DNA of 64,000 bases from Chiloscyllium plagiosum (Eukaryota): assembly GCF_004010195.1 (NCBI RefSeq), contig NC_057719.1:57268246-57332245 (forward strand). Reading direction: 5' to 3'. Position 1 is the stretch's first letter, and the number at the start of each line of letters is the position of its first letter. This document shows positions 37,179 to 49,643 of this stretch, piece by piece. Below the pieces are notes generated by a model, which had not been told where the DNA came from, made no database searches, and saw nothing but the letters and a program-made list of their open reading frames with translations. The position numbers and the translations under genes are program-made.

Positions 37179-37848
37179 TATGTCTTCCTCTTCACTACTC
37201 TGTTTAACGACAATATGAAGCATGCACAGTGCACAAATTGTCCAATTGTCTCTTAAAATTATATTGGACTTATGCATACATGATATGATTAAAGCTTGAC
37301 TTTCAGGTGTTAATGATTCAGAAATTGGTCTGGTGTATCAAATATAAAACGGTTGTAAATATGACAGCATTTTAATTCTGAGGTACTAAGTGATCCATAA
37401 TGATTTGACTCTCCTTAAGTCATATTACCAAAGAGCGGGCTGAATTTAATCGCCCTTTTGCACTTAGAGGGTAAAAACCTAATATTATCTCAAAAAGAAA
37501 GTTGCAGTGCAAAGTTTATATCTTGATGTGACATTAGTAAAACTTGTTTATTTTAATGACACCCAAAATTGTTACAATTGTTATTTCTGAAATTATTCTT
37601 AACTTCTTATCAGAATGTTGCCTTTCAACTACAAAGTTGTACTGAAAATGGGTAGATAGGGAAACAATGTATTTTGCAAACAAAAGATAGCTGCTCGTTA
37701 AACATCTTGGTTAAACAAAGGTTAGAAAAAAATAAACAATTTCAGCTTATCTTTATCTATTAGGAGTAGAAAGTTTATGTTGTATGACTTTTATTGTGTG
37801 AAATTGATACACCTATAATGACAATAGCCAATAACTTATTCAAAACAG

Positions 37849-37930
37849 GTTAATGCTTCCACAAAATTTGCTGTCAGAGGAATTTCATGTGGATGTGCTG
37901 ACAATGTCATCATTAATAGTTTCCAGGCTT
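37849..37930 (+). CDS. Candidate host-gene exon C (VNASTKFAVRGISCGCADNVIINSFQA)
   Basis: CAG acceptor, donor CTT|GTAAGT, phase 0 in and phase 1 out, fitting exons B and D. Confidence 0.6.
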
Positions 37931-38569
37931 GTAAGTATGTTCAACTGCAATGTGGAACAGACAATTCAAGACTAGGTTCAAAGTTTACAAATTAATTCTT
38001 AAAAACATAAGGCTAAGGATTTTTACACAGTACTACTTTTGATCTCTGTGCTGTTTTAGGAATGCAGGCTTCTACCATGCATTAGTGCTACCCATCCAAC
38101 TGTATGATTTATTTCCATTAACCACTTTACTAATGGATGACTAATGGGCAACAGGGTGCAAAGGGGAAAGGTCATGTTAGATTTTTAGAGTATATTAGAG
38201 CTGAAAATATCTTTCTCACTCCTGAACCAGTGTGTGGATGAATCAAATTGAGTGCCATGGGTAAAAGGACAAAACGTTCCTGAAGCAAACAAATGCTTCA
38301 GCAGAACTTTCTATTTTCTTAATGTTTGATGGAGTGGTGTCAGTGTGGTGTCCATCATTTGATATTTTTAACTAACTTTAATCATCATTTCCTGCACAAA
38401 ACTGATTTGAAAACATTGAATATTGTCTTCTGCGTGAAAAGTTCTGATGATACAATTTATAGAATAATTGTGGTGATTGAAACTTGGTTTTCATATGTAT
38501 TGTATATGTAACAATGATTAACAAACATTTATACATTTATGCAAATAACATTAGCAAAAAAATCAGCCA

Positions 38570-38720
38570 CATTAGGGAGATTTAAACAATCCTTAGATAA
38601 GTTCATGGATGATTTTGGGATAGTGTAGCAGGACGAGCTGAGAATAGCTCACAGGTCGGCGCAACATTGGGGGCCAAAAGGCCTGTTCTGTGCTGTATTG
38701 TTCTATGTTTTATGTTCTAA
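38570..38720 (+). mobile_element. CR1 3' tail fragment
   Basis: TTAGATAAGTTCATGGAT...GGCCTGTTCTGTGCTGTATTGTTCTATG tail. Confidence 0.8.
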
Positions 38721-39703
38721 ATAGCTCACTATTTAATTTAGAACAATAACTTGCAATTTTGGAGCATTGGATTTTGTTTAATTGAATCTGATGTGGGTGT
38801 TGATGTTGAGGCCAGCATTAATTGTTCATGCCCCAGCTGCCCTGAGAAGTTGGTATGAGCTGCTTTCTTGAGCCACTGCAGTCATTGGGGTGTAGGAAAA
38901 CCCATGGTGCAGTTGGGAAGAGAGTTCATGGATTTTGACACAGTGAAAGTGAAGGAACACTCATATGGATCCAGTCGGGATAGTTTGCAGCTGGTGGTAT
39001 ACCATGCAGCTGTTGACCTTGTCCCTTTAGGTGGTAGAGGCCACAGGTTAGGAAGATACTGTCATAGAAGCGTTAGTGAGTTACTGCAGTGCATCTTGCA
39101 GATGGTATACACCATTGTAACTGTGTTGGTGTTGATGGGAGAGATGGGGTACCAATCAAGAAGACTCTTTTATCTAAATCGGTTTTGAGATCTTTGATTG
39201 CTTTTGGAGCTGCACCAATCAAGGCAACTGGAGAGTGTTCCATCACACTCCTGACTTGTACCTTGTGGACAGGCTTCGGGGAGTCGGGTGGTGAGCTACT
39301 CAATGTAGGATTCCAGCCTCTGACCTGCTATTTTAGCCACAGGGTTTAATTGCTGGTTCAGTTCGTTTTAGTCAATGATATCCCCCAGGATATTAACACA
39401 TGGTGGTTCAGTGATGGTACTGTTATTGAATATCAATAGCCGGAGGTTAAAATCTCCCTTGTTGGAAGTGATTGTACCTTGGCATTTGGGCAGAATGATT
39501 AACATACACCACTCTTCAGCCCATGCCTAGATATTTTCCATGTCTTGCTGCACTTGGATGTCAACTGCTTTGGTACCTGAGGAGTTGCAAATGGTGCTGC
39601 ACATTGTGCGATCATCAGCAAATGTCCCCACTTCTGATGGAGGGATAGTCATTGATGAAGCAGCTGAAAATGGTTAGGTCTAGATTACTACTGTGAGGAA
39701 CTC

Positions 39704-39816
39704 AGGACTCTTGTGGTGCAGTGGTAATGTCCATATCTCTGGGATAGAGGGCCCAGATTCAAGTTCCACCTGCCTCAGAAGTGTGTCACAACATGCAACA
39801 GGTTGATTGGAAATAT
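39704..39816 (+). mobile_element. Short (~110 bp) tRNA-derived SINE
   Basis: A-box TGGTGCAGTGG, B-box-like AGATTCAAGTTCC, degenerate 16-bp TSD (13/16 match); related minus-strand copies at about 16300-16390, 31450-31710 and 45795-46010. Confidence 0.6.
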
Positions 39817-39907
39817 CTACCTTGAGCAACTCCTTTAGTGATGACCTGGGGCTAAGCTGATTGACCTTCACAGCAATTTTCCTTTGTGCTAGGTAGTAGT
39901 CCCACCA

Positions 39908-39994
39908 GAGCTGAAAATGTGTTGCTGGAAAAGCGCAGCAGATCAGGCAGCATCCACGGAACAGGAGAATCGACGTTTCAGGCATAAGCCCTTG
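39908..39994 (-). mobile_element. Penelope terminal fragment with 12-bp TSD
   Basis: GTAGTCCCACCA at 39896-39907 and 39995-40006. Confidence 0.88.
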
Positions 39995-41489
39995 GTAGTC
40001 CCACCAAGAGAGAGCTTTCCTCTTGATTCCTAAGGACTCTGGTTTTGCTGGGGCTCCTTGATGTCACACTCAGTTGAAAGCTACCTTGGTGTCAAGGGCC
40101 ATGCACTCTTACCTCACTTCTACAATTCAGCTCTTTGGTCTGTGTTTGAAAGATTGCTGTAATGAGATTAGGAGCCAAGTGCCTAAGTCGAACTTTCCTT
40201 TGAAAGTGTTGCTTGGTAGCACTGTCAGTAACCCCTTCATCACATGACCAAAGATTGTGAGTAGACTGATAGGGTGATAATTGGATGGGTTAAATCTGTC
40301 CAGATTTGTGTATACAGGATATATCTGGGCAATTTTCAACATTGTTGGATAGATGTCAATATTGTAATTGAACTGAAACAACCTGGTTAGAGATGTAGCT
40401 TGTACTGGAGCACAAGTCTTTAGTACATTTGCTGGAATATTGCCAATGCCCATAGCTATTTCAGTATCCAGTATTCAGGCAGTTCTCAATATCGCATGGA
40501 GTGAATTGATTGGTTGAGTACTGGCATCTGTGGTTCTAGGAATATCAAAGTGAGGCCAGAATGGATAACTCACCTGACAAGTCGAGCTGAAGAAGAATGT
40601 AAATGGTCCAGTTTTGTCTTTTGCTGGTCTTCCATGTTGTTGACGATGGGGATATCTGTCCTCCTTTTCTTATTGGTTATTTAATTGTCCACCACAAATC
40701 TTGACTGGATGCGGCAGAACTGCAAAGGCTAGATCTGATACATTTATTGAGAGATTGCTTAGTCCTATCTATCATTTGCTGTTTTCTCTGTTTAACTTTC
40801 AAGTAGCCCTGTGTTGTAGCTTCACCAGATTGCCACTTCCTTTTTAGGTGTGCCTGGTACCGCTCCTGGTATAATTGCCTTCAGTCCTCACTATACCCAG
40901 TATTGATCTCCCAGTCTGATGGTCTTGGTACAGGGTGATAATGCTGCACCATGAGGTTATAGTTTGTTTTTGAATATGATTCTGCAGCTGATGGCTCCCA
41001 CTGTCTCATCAATACCCAATTTTGAGATGCAAGGTCTATTCATCCTATTTAGCCTATAATAGCGGGTCATAGTACATGATGCAAGGTATCTTCAATGTGA
41101 AGGTGGGACTGGTCTCCACAATGACTGTTTGATGGTCACTCTTTCCGATACTGTCATGGACAAATGCTGCTACGATAGGTAGATTTAGGTGGAACAAATC
41201 AGGTAATGTTTTCCTTCTCGTTGGTTCCCTTATCACCTGCTGCAGATCCTGGCAAGCAGTTAGATTTTTGAGGACTTTGCCAGCTCAGTCAGTTGTGGTA
41301 CTGTTATATTACATTGAATTTCCCTACCCAGAGTACATTCTATGCCTTTGCCACCCTTAGTGCTTCCTCCAAGTGGGGATTTGTCAACTGAAGTTGAGTA
41401 TGGGGGGAGGGGGAGGGGGAGGGGTGAGGAGGTGGGATATTAAAAACAACAGTAAATTTCCTTGCCCATGTACAACCTGATGCAGTGAG

Positions 41490-41935
41490 ATTTCTTGGGC
41501 AAGTCTCCACCAAATCCAAGCCACCCAATAACTGGAGGAAGAATGCCTCATCTTTTGCCTTGGGACCCTCCAACTACGCGGCATCAAAATTGACTTCACC
41601 AGTATCCAAATCTGCCCTCCCCTCACCTCATCCCAGATCCAACCCTCCAACTCGGCACCGCCCTTTTGACTTGACCTATCTGTGCATCTTCCTTCCCACC
41701 TATCCGCTCCAGCATCCCCATTGACCTATCTCGATTACCTCCCGTCTGCATCTACCTATCACCTTCCCCCCAGCCCCAGCCCCAGTCCCCTATTTATCTC
41801 TCAGCTCCCTTCCCCCGTCCACATTCCTAATGAAAGGCGACTGTCCTGCTCCTCGGATGCTGCCTGACCTGCTGTGCATTTCCAGTGCCATACGTTTTGA
41901 CTCTGGCATCCATCATCTGCAGTCCTCACTTTCTC
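41490..41935 (+). mobile_element. Penelope-like element 3' end
   Basis: CTGGAGGAAGAATGCCTCATCTTTTGCCTTGGGACCCTCC (LEEECLIFCLGTL), C-rich UTR and the family terminus. Confidence 0.85.
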
Positions 41936-43427
41936 ATACAAGTCTCCAGATGTTTGGTGTGGTGGGGCATGGGCCAGGAGCATGTGGCACTGGGAATACG
42001 GTTGAGATTTATTTAACCCAAATTATCAGATACTCACTCTGTCTGTCTCACTCAGGTGAAGATTCCCTCACTCTGATCTTCCAGCTTCAGACTAATTACA
42101 TTCTAAGTCAGAGATTAGAATCAACTAAGTCATGGATGACACTGTAGTGGCAGGATTTTGTTATTGAAGGATATTAGGTCATGTCACAAACAAATGAGAA
42201 CTAGTTTAGTTTGGGATTATATCTGGCATGTACTGGTTGAACCAAAGATCTGTTTCCATGCCATATGACTCTATGACTCCTATGTTGGTAAAGAGGACTT
42301 AACAGAGGCTACAGTATTGTGTTTTCTAGTGCTGTTTATGGTGCCTTGTTTGATGCCAGTTGTTTCATTCCTTTGTGTAGACTTTGTAGCAGTTTTGATA
42401 CAACTGGTGACTTTAGGCCATTTAGGACAGTTGACTATATTGTTGTGGGTCTGGAATCAGACCAGGTAAAGATGGCAGATTTTCTTCGCTAAATGACAGT
42501 ATTGAACTCGATAGATTTTGAAGACAATGGAAAATAGATACATGGTCACCATTAAATGATAGATTATCGTTGAATTCAAATTTCCTATCTGTCATGGTAA
42601 GAGTCAAGCCCCATGTCTTCAGAATATCAATAGTCATTAGCTGTTCCAACATAAAGATACATTTCACCACTTTTATTTGCAGGAACTTAACAGTTGAAGC
42701 TGAAATATTGTTTACTTAGCCCTGCTACACACTTGCCTGATGTTTTGATGCCTGTTCTCTAGATCGGTAATCTCTCTTGCTCCTATTATCAACGCCTTAC
42801 TGGATGTTGTCACTGAAATCCTATCATGGCCATGCCATCTGTAGCTAGAGCCACAGGCTCGGTTTCCCAGTTTGTGGGAAGACCTAATATCCTTCAATAA
42901 CAAAATCCTGCCACTGCAGTGTTATCCATGACTGAGATGATTCTAATCTCTGACTTAGAATGTAATTAGTCTGAAGCTGGAAGATCAGGGTGAGGGAGTC
43001 TTCACCTGAGTGAGACAGACAGAGTGAGTATCTGATAATTTGGGTTAAATAAATCTCAAAATTATTCCCAGTGCCACATGCTCATGGGCATAAGATCAGG
43101 AGGACTGATTGAAAATGCAGTTGGAGAACTGGTATAGGAGGGAGCAGGTCAGATTTCTGAGGAATTGGGCCTAGCTCTAGGGCAGGTGGGTCTTGTACCA
43201 GCTGGACAGGCTACACCTTGTTGATCAGCTAGTTTTGTTGGATGGGTTTAACCTAGTTTGTCACTGGGGGTTTGGAGGTGGTAGAGAGAGAGGGAGGAGG
43301 AACAGCCTGAATGGTAAACCAAATAAAGTTGGTAACAGGAAGTGGAAAATTTGCTTGTGAGCTAAAGACAGGAGAAACAAAGCCAAGTGTCCAGTGTGCT
43401 TCAAAAGCAGAAAGATGTCAACATATC

Positions 43428-43950
43428 CAGTTCTGGTCTCCCAGTTATAGGAAAGATATTATTAAGCTGGAGAGCATTTAGAAGAGATTTACCAGGATGT
43501 TGCCAGGTATGGAGGGTTTAAGATAAAAGGAGAGGCTAGATGGGCTGGAACTTTTTCTACTGAAGTATAGGAGGTTGAGGGGTGAACTTGTAGAGGTTTA
43601 TAAAATCATGAGAGGCATAGATAAGGTGAATTGCAGGTGTCTTTTCTGTAGGGTGGGTGATTTCAAGACAGAAGGGCGTATTTTTAAGGTGACAGGAGAA
43701 AGATTTAAAAAAGATATGGGGGCAAATGTTTTACACAGTGAATGATTCATATGTAGAATGAACTTCCAGAGGAAGTGATGGATGCGGGTACAGTTGCAAC
43801 ATTTAAGAGACATTTAGATAAGTACATCAATAAGAAATATCTGGAGGGTTATGTGCCAAGCATAGGAAGGTGGGACTGGATTAGTTTAGGATTATGGTTG
43901 GCATGGACTAGTTGAAGGGTTTCTTTCCACGCTGTATGACTCTATGACTA
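43428..43950 (+). mobile_element. Younger CR1 3' fragment nested in the old CR1
   Basis: QFWSPSYRKDIIKLE; (TATGACTC)n tail. Confidence 0.88.
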
Positions 43951-44467
43951 TAAGAGACAGTTAAAGGCCCTCTTTCTGACTGCATGCAGAATTCACAAAA
44001 GATGGCACAATCTAGAGGCACAAATAGAGATACGTGGTACAATCTAATTGCCATTACTGAAACATGGCTGCATGGTAGTCAAGATCCTGAATATTCCATA
44101 GGAAGGACAAACGAGAAGGAAAAGGAGGCGGATTTGCATTGATAATATGGAATAGTGTCAGCATTTTAGTAAGAATGGATCTCAGTTTGGAAGAACTATA
44201 TGTGCAATCTGTTTGGGTGAAGTTAAAAAGCAGCAAGGAACAGCAGGACTTGGTTTTAGAATAAGTTATAGTCCACCAAATAGTGGTGGTAGTGTGGAGC
44301 ATGTTATTAATCAGGAGATGAGAGAAACATGTAGCGTGGACAATACAATTATCATAGATAACTTCAATCTGCACACAGAGTGGGGTACACCAGTTGAGCA
44401 CTAAACTGTGAAGGATGAGTTTATGGAGTATTGTATACATAGTTTTCTAGAGCAGGTTGTTAAGGAG

Positions 44468-44640
44468 TGATGGTCTCTCTCAGCTGTGTTACAGCACAAG
44501 CTTACAGCTACTCTGATGTTCCATGCGTGGTGCACAGCATCAGTACACCAACATGGCAATGTGTTCCATCTCCAGAAATCACAGTCATGCAGAGACCTTA
44601 GAGGTCTGCACAATCATTAAGAAAATTAGAGGGAGTGCTG
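44468..44640. mobile_element. hAT MITE, second copy in opposite orientation
   Basis: End AAGAAAATTAGAGGGAGTGCTG matches the reverse complement of 3221-3242; TSD TTAAGGAG / TTGAGGAG. Confidence 0.7.
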
Positions 44641-46599
44641 TTGAGGAGCAGGTTAGAGAACATGTTACTTTAGATCTAGTATTATGTGGTGAAAAGACCT
44701 AATTGACAATCTTGTTGAAAAGAACCTTTAGAGTTGAGTAACCACAATGTGAAAAAAATGTACATTATGTTTGAAAGTGAGGTAGTTCCACCTGGAGTAA
44801 GTGTTTTAAATTTGAATAACGGAGGTAATGAAGACGTGAGCCACAACGTGGCTATGGTGGATTGGCAAAATACAATAAAAGACATGACTATACATCGGCA
44901 AAGTCTAGTCTTTAAAGAATTATTTACATGACTTATAGCAGAAAATGTAAAAAATCCAAGAAACAACAGTCAACTGTGGCTAGCAAGGGAAGGTTCAAGA
45001 TTGTGTAAGATTTAAAGAAACAATTTATAATGATTCCAAAAATATCAGTAAATCTGAGGGCTAGGAGGTTTTTTTCAGAATACAGTAATGGAGCGGCAAG
45101 AAACTGAATGGGATAATAGGATATGAATGTATTCTAGCAAACAAATGAAAAACAATAATGGACTGTAAAAGCTTTGATAGGTACATAAAAGGAAATATTT
45201 TGATCAAACAATTATAGATCCATTACAGGAGAGTTGGGAGAATTTATAATTGGGAATAGAGAAATGGCAGTGGAACTTAATGATTACTCTGTATTTGTTT
45301 TCCCTGAGGAAGGTGCATAAAATCTCTCAGAAATAGAGATTCAAGTGACGAGGCAGAATAAGGAGCAAAATAAATTAGTATTGTTAAGAAGATTTCTCTG
45401 AAGGAATTATTGGACTGTGAATTGATAAATTCCCAGAAGCTGATTTTATATGTACAAGAGTGTTGAAGGAGGTGGTTATAGAGATAGTCACTCGATTGTG
45501 ATTATCTTCCAAACTTTATTCTGGAATGATTCCTGTGGATTCAAAGGCAACAAATGTCACCCCACTGTATAAGAAGGGAGTGAGGGAAAATACAGGGAAT
45601 TCAGACTTGTTAGTCTTTGATCAGTTGCAAGCAAAATGTGAGAATCAATTATTAAAAATGTGATATTAGAAACTTGGTTAATGAAGATTTGAAAGGGCTT
45701 AATCAATATGGATTTGCTTTGATAAACTTACTGAAGCTTTTTGAAGATGTTACTGAAGAAAATTGACAAAGGTGTGTTAATGGACAATGATGTTTTTAAA
45801 TCAACTGGCCTAGACATGTCGTGACACATCTCTGGAATAGGTGAGTCTTGAACCCAGGCCCTCTGCACCACAAAAGCTCGGTGGGTAACCAATGCGGGGG
45901 GGGGGGGGTAGAATCTTTTTAATCACCCTGTTCAAACATGTTATGATATCATTCTGTGGTAGATAGGATTGGAAGCAGTACCTTCTGGTGGAGAGATAGA
46001 GACATTACTGATAGTGAAGCCTTGCTTTAATTGTATAGGAACTTGGTTACACTAAATCTTGAATATGCCGCACAGTTTTGCTCTCTTTATCTCAGGAAAG
46101 ATATTATCACTGTAGAAGGAGTGAAACAAAGGTTCACTGGACTTGTGTCCAGAATGGCAGGACTGTCCGATAAAGACAGTTTGGGTAAACTGGGCATTAT
46201 AATCTGTAAAGTATCAAAGAATGAGAGGTGATCTCATTGAAGCCTACAAATTACTTAAAGAATAGTCAGGGTAGATACAGATAAGAGGTTTCAACTGGTT
46301 GAAGATTCTAGAACCAGGAGACACAATTTAAAAAAGAAAGCTATGCCATTTAGGTCTGAAAGCAGAGGATTTCTTTTTGCTTAGAAGGTTGTGAACTTTT
46401 GGAAGTTTCTACCACAGAGGGTAGTGGAGACTCATCACTGCGTATATTTAAGCTGAAGATTGATACATTTCTCATTATCAGTGATGTGCAGGGTTTTGAG
46501 ATGGGGTGAAAGAAATACATTGAAATGTTTGATCCACCATGATTAAATTGAAAGGCAAGGCAAGTTTGACAGGCTGAATGGCCTACTCTTGTTCCTACC

Positions 46600-47241
46600 C
46601 GTGATGAAGCTGCTCCTTTAGCAAGGTTATCCAGTCCTTGGATTTTCTTCAGAGCGGTTGTAAACAACACAGACTCTGAAAAGTCTGGAGTTGAAGGGTT
46701 TTAGGGCCAATTTGATACTAGCTAACAGATACTGCCTCAGGCAGAAGGCTTTCAAAATAATTTTTAAAAACTTGTACAATGAAAGGGAACAATTGTACAA
46801 TGAAAGGAGAGTTCTCCCAGCTCAGCCTTTGGTTGGTTTGGTTTGGTCTTTTTAGCAGTAGTGTGGAAAAAGCTGCTGGAACCTAAAAAAGCAGGTCCAG
46901 GCTGGTACTCTCTGTGTGACTTCTATCCTGTAAGATCCTGTGTTTGATTTTACCTTTTGTGCCAAGGGGTGTTAATGGGGATTGTTGCAAGTATTTAGAA
47001 CAACAGCATTAAGTTGGGATGATCTGTTGGGTTTTCGGATAGGTTAACTTATTCTTATTCTGTTCTCTTTTGTTTGTGTTTCATCTTCTAAATAAATTCT
47101 GTTTTGTTTAAAACTAAGTGGGTTGTCCAGCTGCACCTCTCCTGGAATATCCTCATTACACCTGCTTAAAACAACGAGCAAAGTTAGGATCTGGGCCACT
47201 TTCTTGAAATGTTTTGACAGGATCTGACCTGGTCTATAACA
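46600..47241 (+). mobile_element. Solo LTR
   Basis: (C)GTGATG...ATAACA ends, 5-bp TSD CTACC at 46595-46599 and 47242-47246, internal AATAAA near 47090. Confidence 0.75.
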
Positions 47242-47289
47242 CTACCCCAGCAGCTGAAACATCATTTCTGGGTTGATAGGTCAGTAGCT

Positions 47290-47597
47290 GAAATGCTAAC
47301 CCCTGTCTCCCTCTCAGGTAGACATAGAAGGTTTCATGGCACCATTTTGACAAAGAGCAGAAGAGGTTTCCTGGCTGTCTAAGCCAATATTTAATGCCTC
47401 AGCCGCAATGACTAAAACAGATTATCTGGTGAGTATTATGCTGCTGTTCGAGGGACACTGCTGTGCCAAGATTGGCTGCATATTTCCTACACCACAACAG
47501 TGAGTACACTTCAAATTTATTTCTTTGGCTTTAAATGCTTTACAAAGTCCTAAGGTTGTGAAAGGTGCCATATAAATGCAAGTCTTTCAGTTCTTTT
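47290..47597 (+). mobile_element. Deu-domain SINE
   Basis: CCCTCTCAGGTAGACATAGAAG, ATTGGCTGCATATTTCCTAC and GTGAAAGGTGCCATATAAATGCAAGTCTTT. Confidence 0.78.
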
Positions 47598-47739
47598 CAT
47601 TGCCTGGTAATGATTTAGCTGATATTCTATTACTATCATTCTTCATCCTTATCAGTGTAATCATTCCCTCAGTGACCCCATGCAATGGACCCCCTCCCAG
47701 AATTCAGTTGTCTTCTATCTCTGAATGGCATGGACTTCC

Positions 47740-47970
47740 CCTCCACAGAGGGTGATGAGTGTATGGAATGAGCTGCCAGAGGATGTGATGGAGGCTGGTA
47801 CAATTATAACATTTAAAAGGCATCTGGATGGTACATGAATAAAAATATTTTAGTGGGAAATGGGTCAAGTGCTGGCAAATGGGACTAGATTAATTTAGGA
47901 TATTTTGACGGCATGGACAAGTTGGACTAAATGGTCTGTTTCTGTGCTGTACAACCATGTGACTCTATAA
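47740..47970 (+). mobile_element. CR1 3' fragment
   Basis: GTATGGAATGAGCTGCCAGAG (VWNELPE) and CR1 3' UTR. Confidence 0.85.
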
Positions 47971-49643
47971 GAGCCCTGACCGTTATTGCTCAAACTTCAA
48001 GGACAGACAGTGGCCAAAACTCCTCCATCTCAGACTAACCTGGAAGAATAGCACCTATTGAGGATGACCTACCCTTCAGACTGGTGTCTCTACAGTATCC
48101 CAACTGATCCACTTGTAAACCTCGGACTGGTTGCTCTTGATCTACAGGACTTCAAGCACAAAAATCCTCAATTTAATTTATTGATAATCCCCTGAACTGG
48201 GTGCTGCTCAATAGTGAAATCCTGAAGTCTCTTTTTTTAAAGGCTTGAGGGGAAAATTGCAAAACAATTTCTAGTCATTGATTCTGATTGTTTTTTCATT
48301 CTTGCTATACTTTCCAAACTTGCCATTGATCATCCACAAGGAAGGGAAACCTACCCTCTTTTAAAATTCAAACATTAAAACAAACTTTAAATGTATTTAA
48401 ATAGTGAAAATTGAAAACAGAAACAAAGGTTTACCACCATTAAGGATGATATCTTATCATGCCTGTCAACAGAAAGCTTTTTATAGACTTGTGCTTGTTC
48501 TCCATGTGAATGTTGACTTCAGACAGTAACTGAGAGAAATAAAAATCTGCTTCTGAATAGAAAGGGAGTGAAAATTAGAGTAACTAAACCATGGGTCTAT
48601 TTTATATATCTCCTTATGATGATTTAAAATGTTGTCTAAAAACCAGATGCCCTATCTACCTCTTTAATAGATGGCTCCTGCAAGCGAAAAAACGAACAAG
48701 TAGAAACATGTTTGTGCTTTGAGGAGGAGAACAGCAGTTTATCTAACCAGTCTTTACAGACAATATGGTGATTTCCTTGCAGTGAATTAGAACTGGTAGC
48801 ATTGTAGTCTATTTTTAATAGAATCTCATCCAGTTGTTTTAGAAACCAGCCATGTGTTTCTGCTCCATCCTTCACTCATACCAATCTGCTTCACAATTCT
48901 ATTACCATTTTACTAAACTGTTGTTTGTTATCTTCTTTTGACATCATCATTTGGACCATGGCCTTAGGTCTCAAAGCTTTGCCTGTTCAGGGCGCTTTCC
49001 TGGTTTCAAATGTCTCATCTATGATAATCCTATGTAGTACTATTAATTCTTCTTGCATCCTCTGACAAATAAAATGATGGAAAAATTGATCCAATATAAA
49101 TAAATAGTAGAAACAGCTATTCCAGTTCAAATGACTTATGTTAAACTTTTATTTTTTTGTAAAAGTCAAGCCATCACAATAATTTGACACAAACTAAATT
49201 ATAGCCATTATTATATTGTTATACTGCACATTTCAAAGAATCGTCTGTTGTGGGTATGTTATTAATAGAGATGTCCTTTCACTTATTAATTTTTTGATAT
49301 TGTAAAATTTGTAGTTCACAAAATAAAGGAGATATTATACTCATTTTTAAACCTAAGCCAGTTTGGAGACCTCATTTAAAAGTAATACTTTGATATTTTA
49401 ATTTCATGGTACTTAATTGCAAAATTTTGTTAGGAAAGCATTGTCTTTGATGGATGATGCTAACGGCATTCCAAGTAATTCACTAAAAATGTATGCTCCA
49501 TAAACACAGAAGTTTTTAATAATGGTTGCCTACTACTTCATTAGCAGTATTTTCTACATACATAATACTGTCACTTCTTTTGAGAACATTTTAACCCCAG
49601 GGTTACTTCTCTCGCTGCAGCCTATTGATTCCTTTTGTGTTAG

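Larger units (their letters stand above)
38775..42670 (-). mobile_element. Second copy of the tRNA-headed CR1/L2-group LINE, older and multiply interrupted
   Basis: Minus-strand ORFs QVRSVMEHSPVA, NYHPISLLTI and GKSDHQTV; tail near 38780-38870; head/UTR similarity at about 42280-42670. Confidence 0.8.
43060..46598 (+). mobile_element. Old near full-length CR1 (ORF1 esterase, APE, RT) with nested insertions
   Basis: LFPVPHA; AITETWLHG near 44050; LEYAAQFCSLYLRKDI; 3' end GGCTGAATGGCCTACTCTTGTTCCTA. Confidence 0.8.

Noticed and set aside
36957..37277. 106-aa minus-strand ORF or exon (SSEEEDILEAHW...)
   Set aside because: Weak donor, no partner exons on the minus strand, and it overlaps a better-supported + strand acceptor.
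36131..37885. Resemblance of GLTVVPF-VNASTKFAVRG to the short-chain dehydrogenase YxxxK region
   Set aside because: The catalytic Tyr is missing and the flanking sequence does not fit an SDR; no gene name assigned.
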